Positions 55,795 to 64,000 of a DNA stretch of 64,000 nucleotides are shown one piece after another. The translations under genes were made by a program, and so were the position numbers. Source of the stretch: the human T2T-CHM13v2.0 reference genome, Homo sapiens. The first letter of the stretch is position 1. Each line of letters starts with the position of its first letter. The stretch lies in NCBI RefSeq assembly GCF_009914755.1, contig NC_060935.1; one strand, given 5' to 3'. The notes below the pieces were generated by a model that was given only the letters and a program-made list of their open reading frames with translations, did no database searches and was not told the DNA's origin.

Positions 55795-57002
55795 TTACCC
55801 AGGCTGGTCTTGAACTCCTGAGCTCAAGCAATCCACCCCCTTGGCCTCCCAAAGTGCTGAGATTACAGGTGTGAGCCACTGCACCCAGCCAGAAGCCTTT
55901 GTAACCTTAAAAAATCCTTTCAGTTTTTTTTTTTTTTTTTAAGATAGGGTGTCACTCTGTTTCCCAGGCTGGAATGCAGTGGCATGATCAAGGCTCACCA
56001 TACCCTTTACCTCCTGGGCTAAAGCAGTCCTCCAACCTAGGGCTCCTGAGTAGCTGGGACCACAGGTGCATGCCACCACACCTGGCTATTTTTCTATTAT
56101 TATTATTTTTTTTAGAGATGGGGTCTCCCTCTGTTGCCCAGGCTGCTCTCAAACTCCTGGGCTCAAGTGATCTTCCCTCTTCAGCCTCCCAAAATTTTGG
56201 GATTACAGGTGTGAGTCACTACCGTTGGCCAAAGAATCCTTTTGTAAAGCACTGGGCTTCTCTTATACAATGAATTTGAAGCCAAAAACTTTTTTTTTTT
56301 TTTTTTTTGAGACAGAGTCTCACTCTGCCGCCAGTTTGGAGTGCAGTGGCGCAATCTTGGCTCACTGCAACCTCTGCCTCCCGGGTTCAAGAGATTAATT
56401 CTTCTGCCTCAGCCTCCCGAGTAGCTGGGACTATAGGCGTGTGCCACCACGCCCGGCTAATTTTTGTATTTTTAGTAGAGACGGGGTTTCACCATGTTGG
56501 CCAGGATGGTCTCGATCTCTTGACCCCGTGATCCATCTGCCTCAGCCTCCCGAAGTGCTGGGATTACAGGCGTGAGCCACCACGCCCGGCCTAGAGTTTT
56601 CTTGAATCTGAACCAAGTCAGACCTTCACTGTCCTAATAAAAAGGTTAAAACAGTATAACCAAAACTAAACAAAAAACCACTTTAAGTTTCTCTCAAGTA
56701 CAGAGATTCTATACAGTGCAGTATGGTATCTTTTTACAGTACTGTAGGTAGAGGTTTCTCTTTCTAACTCTGGCATGTGTCACTGATTACTGGGAAAGTG
56801 GTCCCCCCTCCAACCTCTCCACCATGAATACTGTATTTAATGGAAAGAACATTAAAAAAATTATAAAAGTATTTACAAACACACATATGTATGAATACAG
56901 AAGTACATTCAGTGTTTAATATATGCAAAAACTTAATAGTAATTATATACAGTAATAAAATAAGAAATAGTCTTAAACAAACAGTAAATTTTTTTTGCTG
57001 AC

Positions 57003-57071
57003 CTGTAAAGCCTTACATAAAGCTTCATTTGTGAATTGTCCTGGTGTAAAAAGACTTTGCAGATACATCTC
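57003..57071 (-). CDS. NUP160: NUP160 exon 11
   Basis: 69 nt, phase 0-0; EMYLQSLFTPGQFTNEALCKALQ. Confidence 0.95.
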
Positions 57072-57867
57072 CTATTAGAACATTAAAACAAAAGTTACTA
57101 TTGTCCTAAACAAAATTTGGAATTCAACACATAACACCAAAGTTTGAGTTTCTACTATATGAACATTGCCATTTTGCCCTTCTATATGTGGGCAATAACA
57201 GTAGTGCGGTTACATGTTTTCACACTGAAAGTGAAGACTGCAATGTCTTTGAGTCAACTAGAGGTACTATACTTAAAATGGTGTGTTCCTCACGGAGAGC
57301 TTCATTGGGTTCCGGCAGAAAACAAGCTTTGTCAAATGCCAATCTTAAATGGAAGAAGCAAATCTAATTGGTGATATACACTGGTAAGAGAACAAGTAAA
57401 CGAAGCTGGTTTCTACACCATCTATGGTATTCATTTTATGACTCACATGTAAAAGAAATGGAACCAGTAATAATAGGTATTATATGCAAACAAAACAAAA
57501 CAAAACAAAACAAACAGCAATAAACTCTCACAAGTAGGGAAATGAAGTAGAGAGAACAACATGGAAAAATCTCATATTGCCTAATGATTTTGACCAACTC
57601 TCCTAAACCAGATTTGCCCCCAAGTAGTAAATCTGACTAACAGTCATTCAAGTTTCCTTCCTTCTACTGAGATGATAAAATGACCAAAATGAAGGAGAAA
57701 AACAACAGTTTTAGTAATCAGCATATGATTTTGGCTTTTAGACAAAAGCCAAGTGCCAGTAGTTAACTGGAACAATAAATAACTACCACCAATAAACTCT
57801 TGGGATTAAGAGTGCAGTAATATTCAATTTAAGATTTTTGAAGTATGTTTTCTACTCCTGCAAATAG

Positions 57868-58701
<834 letters not shown>

Positions 58702-59154
58702 ATACAAAGAATAACTAACTTTTATTCTGCATTTATTATTTGCTAGATATTATGCTAGATGCAGTTTTAGACATTATTCATGTATGCCTTATAATTCTTT
58801 GAAGGATATAGTACTCCCATTTCACAGATGTACACAGTGAGGCTGAGGGTATATCACAGCTAGTAAGTTGCACAACTAGGATTCCAACCCTGCTCCAACT
58901 CTGCAGCCTGTGCTTTCTGACTACTTTGCTCAAATGCCATCTACAAGGAGTGCTTTTTTTATCTTCCCAGGTATGGCTTGAGGTCAATCTGGAGGGCAAT
59001 CATTCCCAGAATTCTACCTTAGGCTCTAGGGTTATCAGGGACCCAGAGGGTTCAATTAGTTCAGTGGTCTTCAAGCTCTGTCCCAAGGGAGCCTCTACAG
59101 ATGTTTCAGGGGTTAGACAAGTCTTTGCTTCAAAATGGTTTGTTTTTTATTTTT

Positions 59155-59239
59155 GGCCAAATTTAGCAGTGGAGGGCTGTATGCCAACTTTAGTGACACT
59201 AATGTTAAGTTCTGACAATCCATTATCATGGGACCAGCC
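59155..59239 (-). pseudogene. Y4 RNA (RNY4) retropseudogene
   Basis: Minus strand GGCTGGTCCCATGATAATGGATTGTCAGAACTTAACATTAGTGTCACTAAAGTTGGCATACAGCCCTCCACTGCTAAATTTGGCC matches hY4. A-rich tail at 59139-59154. Confidence 0.92.
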
Positions 59240-60672
59240 AAAAATTGTTTTGTAAAGTGTATTTTTAACTACCTAAGGCTTGCAAACTAATATCATCTAC
59301 ATTAAAAAATATTAGATACCAAATATATCTAACATTAGGTATAATCAACATTAAATTGTGTTATAATTTTATACTCATAAAATACTACACATTCATAGCT
59401 CACTGAAGCCTGAACTCTGAGGCTCAAGCAATCCTCCTGCCTCAGTCTAATAGGGTGCATCGTGCCACCACACCTGGCTAGTTTATTTTATTTATTTATA
59501 TTTATTTATTTATTTTTGAGATGGAGTCTCACTTTGTCGCCTAGGCTGGAGTGAATGGCATGATCTTGGCTCACTGCAACCTCCGTCTCCTGGGTTCAAG
59601 AGATTCTCCTGCCTCAGCCTCCTGAGTAGCTGGGATTACAGGCACATACCACCACGCCCGGCTAATTTTTGTATTTTTAGTAGAGATGGGGTTTCACCAT
59701 GTTGGCCAGGCTGGTCTCAAACTTCCAACCTTGTGATCTGCCCACTTCAGCCTCCCAAAGTACTGGGATTACAGGCATGAGCCACCGCACCTGGCCACTA
59801 GTTTATTTTTTATAGAGACAAGGTCTTGCTATGTTGCCTGGACAGGTCTTGAACCATGGCCTCAGGCAATCCTCCCACCTTAGCCTCACAAAGTGCTTGG
59901 ATTACAGGTATGAGCCACTGTGCCCAGCCCTGTTTTAAAATAAATTTGAGAAGCACTGCACTTGTCCAATCTATTTCTCATCTCATGATGAGAAAATTGA
60001 AAACACAAAGGCTATAGTATCCTAAGGAAGTTGCAGGAATCAGGAATAGTCTTAGCTTAGAAACAAAGAAAACTCCCAGATTAGAGGTATTTTGGATATG
60101 TGCTATCTCTCCCAAGAAATATGACATTTTATCTTAGTCCAACCCCCAAAATTCTCATTTTGTCCTAAAACAAAAATGTAAAAAATAACACAAAATGCAC
60201 AAGAGGTATTTCAGGAAGACAGTAACAAGACGAAAACCCAGGGCTGAATTATTCGAATGAAAACCCTTGACTTGGTTCTACATAAAAAGCTCCCTTGTCT
60301 TTTTTTTTTTTTTTTTTTTTTTTTGAGATAGAGTCTTACTCTGTTGCCCAGGCTGGAGTGCAGTGGAGCAATGTTGGCTCACTGCAATCTCCGCCTCCTG
60401 GGTTCAAGCGATTCTCATGCTACAGCCTTGCCTCCCGAGGAGCTGGGATTATAGGCACCTGCCACCAGGCCCAGCTAATTTTTTGTGTTTTTAGTAGAGA
60501 CGGGGTTTCTGTTGCCCAGCCTGGTCTCGCACTCCTGAGCTTAAGTGATTTGCCTGCCTCGGCCTCTCAAAGTGTTAGGATTACAGGCATGAGACACGGC
60601 GCCCGGCCTCTCGTCTTCTTAGCATGAAATTGCTTGGGGTGAGGTAGGATGACAGAATTAAGTGACCCATAC

Positions 60673-60770
60673 TGTTCAAAGTTGATGTATTTCACTACTG
60701 TTTGGTTCTCAGCATCATGCCACAGGGCCCAGATATCCGTGGAAGTTAAGGCAAAGTCAATCAGTGTCTC
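60673..60770 (-). CDS. NUP160: NUP160 exon 9
   Basis: 98 nt, phase 0-2; ETLIDFALTSTDIWALWHDAENQTVVKYINFE. Confidence 0.95.
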
Positions 60771-61035
60771 CTAGGAGGAAATGTGGGAAAAAAAGGGATA
60801 AAATAAGAAAGAAAGTAGTAGTTCACGGTGACTTACTTTTTCATCAGTAGGAGAGGTAAATGTATGAAAACAAAACATGGTACCACATGAATTTGGTAAA
60901 GTCTAAATGAAATTTTGTTCCATATATCATGAAATAATTCCATTTTAAGACTACAATCCCATTATACCATAACAGAGTTAGTCAATACTTCTTTTTCTTG
61001 TACTTATGTGATATGCAAAGGATGAATCAACCTAC

Positions 61036-61113
61036 CTGAGAAGTGAACAGTGAAGAAATATGATCGAGACTATAGCGATTACTCTCAGTGCTCACCAACT
61101 GGAAAATGCAGAA
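61036..61113 (-). CDS. NUP160: NUP160 exon 8 (most 5' exon in the window)
   Basis: 78 nt, phase 0-0; FCIFQLVSTESNRYSLDHISSLFTSQ. Upstream exons lie beyond position 64000. Confidence 0.94.
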
Positions 61114-61203
61114 CTGTTAAAACACAAGATGATCATTTATTACCTGAAATAATCAACATGTTACTTTTCGAAGCAAGGGCTATTACCATTCAGAAACCTT
61201 TAA

Positions 61204-61441
<238 letters not shown>

Positions 61442-61509
61442 TGATGCGCCTGCCTCGGCCTCCCAAAGAACTGGGATTACAGGCGTGAGCCACTGCACCC
61501 GGCCAAAAA

Positions 61510-62067
61510 TTTTTTTTCTTTTCTTTTTTTTTTTTTAATACTTTAAATTCTAGGTTACATGTGCACAACGTGCAGGTTTGTTACATATGTATACATGTGC
61601 CATGTTGGTGTGCTGCACCCATTAATTCATTTACATTACGTATATCTCCTAATGTTATCCCTCCCCACTCCCCCTACCCCACGACAGGTGCCAGTGTGTG
61701 ACGTTCCCCACCCTGTGGCCAAGTGTTCTCATTGTTCAATTCCCACCTATGAGTGAGAACACGTAGTGTTTGGTTTTCTGTCCTTGTGATAGTTTTCTCA
61801 GAATGATGGTTTCCAGCTTCATCCGTGTCCCTACAAAGGACATGAACTCATCCTTTTTTATGGCTGCATAGTATTCCATGGTGTATATGTGCCACATTTT
61901 CTTAATCCAGTCTATCATTGATGGACACTTGGGTTGGTTCCAAGTCTTTGCGATTGTGAATAGTGCCACAATAAATATATGTGTGCATGTGTCTTTATAG
62001 CAGCATGATTTATAATCCTTTGGGTATATACCCAGCAATGGGATGGCTGGGTCAAATGGTATTTACT
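61510..62067 (-). mobile_element. L1PA 3' fragment (ORF2 C-terminus, 3' UTR and tail)
   Basis: ORF 61736-62038 reads LGIYPKDYKSCCYKDTCT...KKMWHIYTMEYYAAIKKDEFMSF...FSLIGGN, the L1 ORF2p C-terminus. Confidence 0.93.
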
Positions 62068-62139
62068 GCAGAAATGATCCCTGAAAGTATAGTCTTCAAA
62101 AATTTTTTCTTTTTCACCCACACAGGCCAGGTAGAACCA

Positions 62140-63260
<1,121 letters not shown>

Positions 63261-63333
63261 ATTATTTGTTGGCTGGGTGCGGTGGCTCACACCTGTAATC
63301 TCAGCACTTTGGGAGGCCGAGACAGGTGGATCA

Positions 63334-63552
<219 letters not shown>

Positions 63553-63780
63553 TCAAAAAAAAATAAAATAAAATAAAAAACAAACTTATTTATTTTCATT
63601 TTTAGAGACAGGTCTTGCTCTGTTACCCAAGCTGCAGTGCAGTGACATGATCGTAGCTCAACGTTAACCTCCAACTCTTGGGCTCAAGCTATCTTCCTAC
63701 CTCAGCCTCCCTAATAGCTAGTAATGCAGGCATGTTCTACCCGACCCAGCTTTTTCTTTTGTTTTTTTTTTTCACGTTAA

Positions 63781-63906
<126 letters not shown>

Positions 63907-64000
63907 TGAGTAGCTGGGACTACAGGCGCCTGCCACCACGCCCAGCTAAGTTTTTGTATTTTTAGTAGAGACAGGGTTTCCCTGTGTTAGACAGGATAGT

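Noticed and set aside
61736-62038. 100-aa ORF
   Set aside because: It is the L1 ORF2p C-terminal remnant of a 5'-truncated element.

Overview
Human genomic DNA. I recognise it from the translated exons as the chr11p11.2 FNBP4/NUP160 locus. Both genes are on the minus strand, in tandem. The window holds the FNBP4 CpG-island promoter and coding exons 1-2 (4228-6253). An intergenic gap of about 10.5 kb follows, packed with five different endogenous-retrovirus LTRs. Then come 29 consecutive NUP160 coding exons (61113 down to the TGA stop at 18072), which splice into one open frame of 3210 nt (1069 aa plus stop). These are exons 8-36 if the gene has 36 exons, a numbering I recall and cannot check here. 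About 100 Alu elements or fragments (counted by eye) explain nearly all ORFs in the supplied track. The non-obvious features are: a GC/GT tandem donor at FNBP4 exon 1; a U12-type (minor spliceosome) GT-AG intron in NUP160; retrocopies of Y3 RNA, Y4 RNA and 5S rRNA; a 5'-truncated RPL6 retrocopy fused to an Alu tail; a HERV-E LTR2 inserted inside an Alu; a 59-bp direct repeat bracketing NUP160 exon 10; and several candidate poison or cryptic exons, one next to a (UG)20 tract. I see no evidence of a wholly new biological system. The findings are testable splicing, regulatory and retrotransposition observations. Repeat subfamily names come from memory of consensus sequences and need RepeatMasker/Dfam confirmation.
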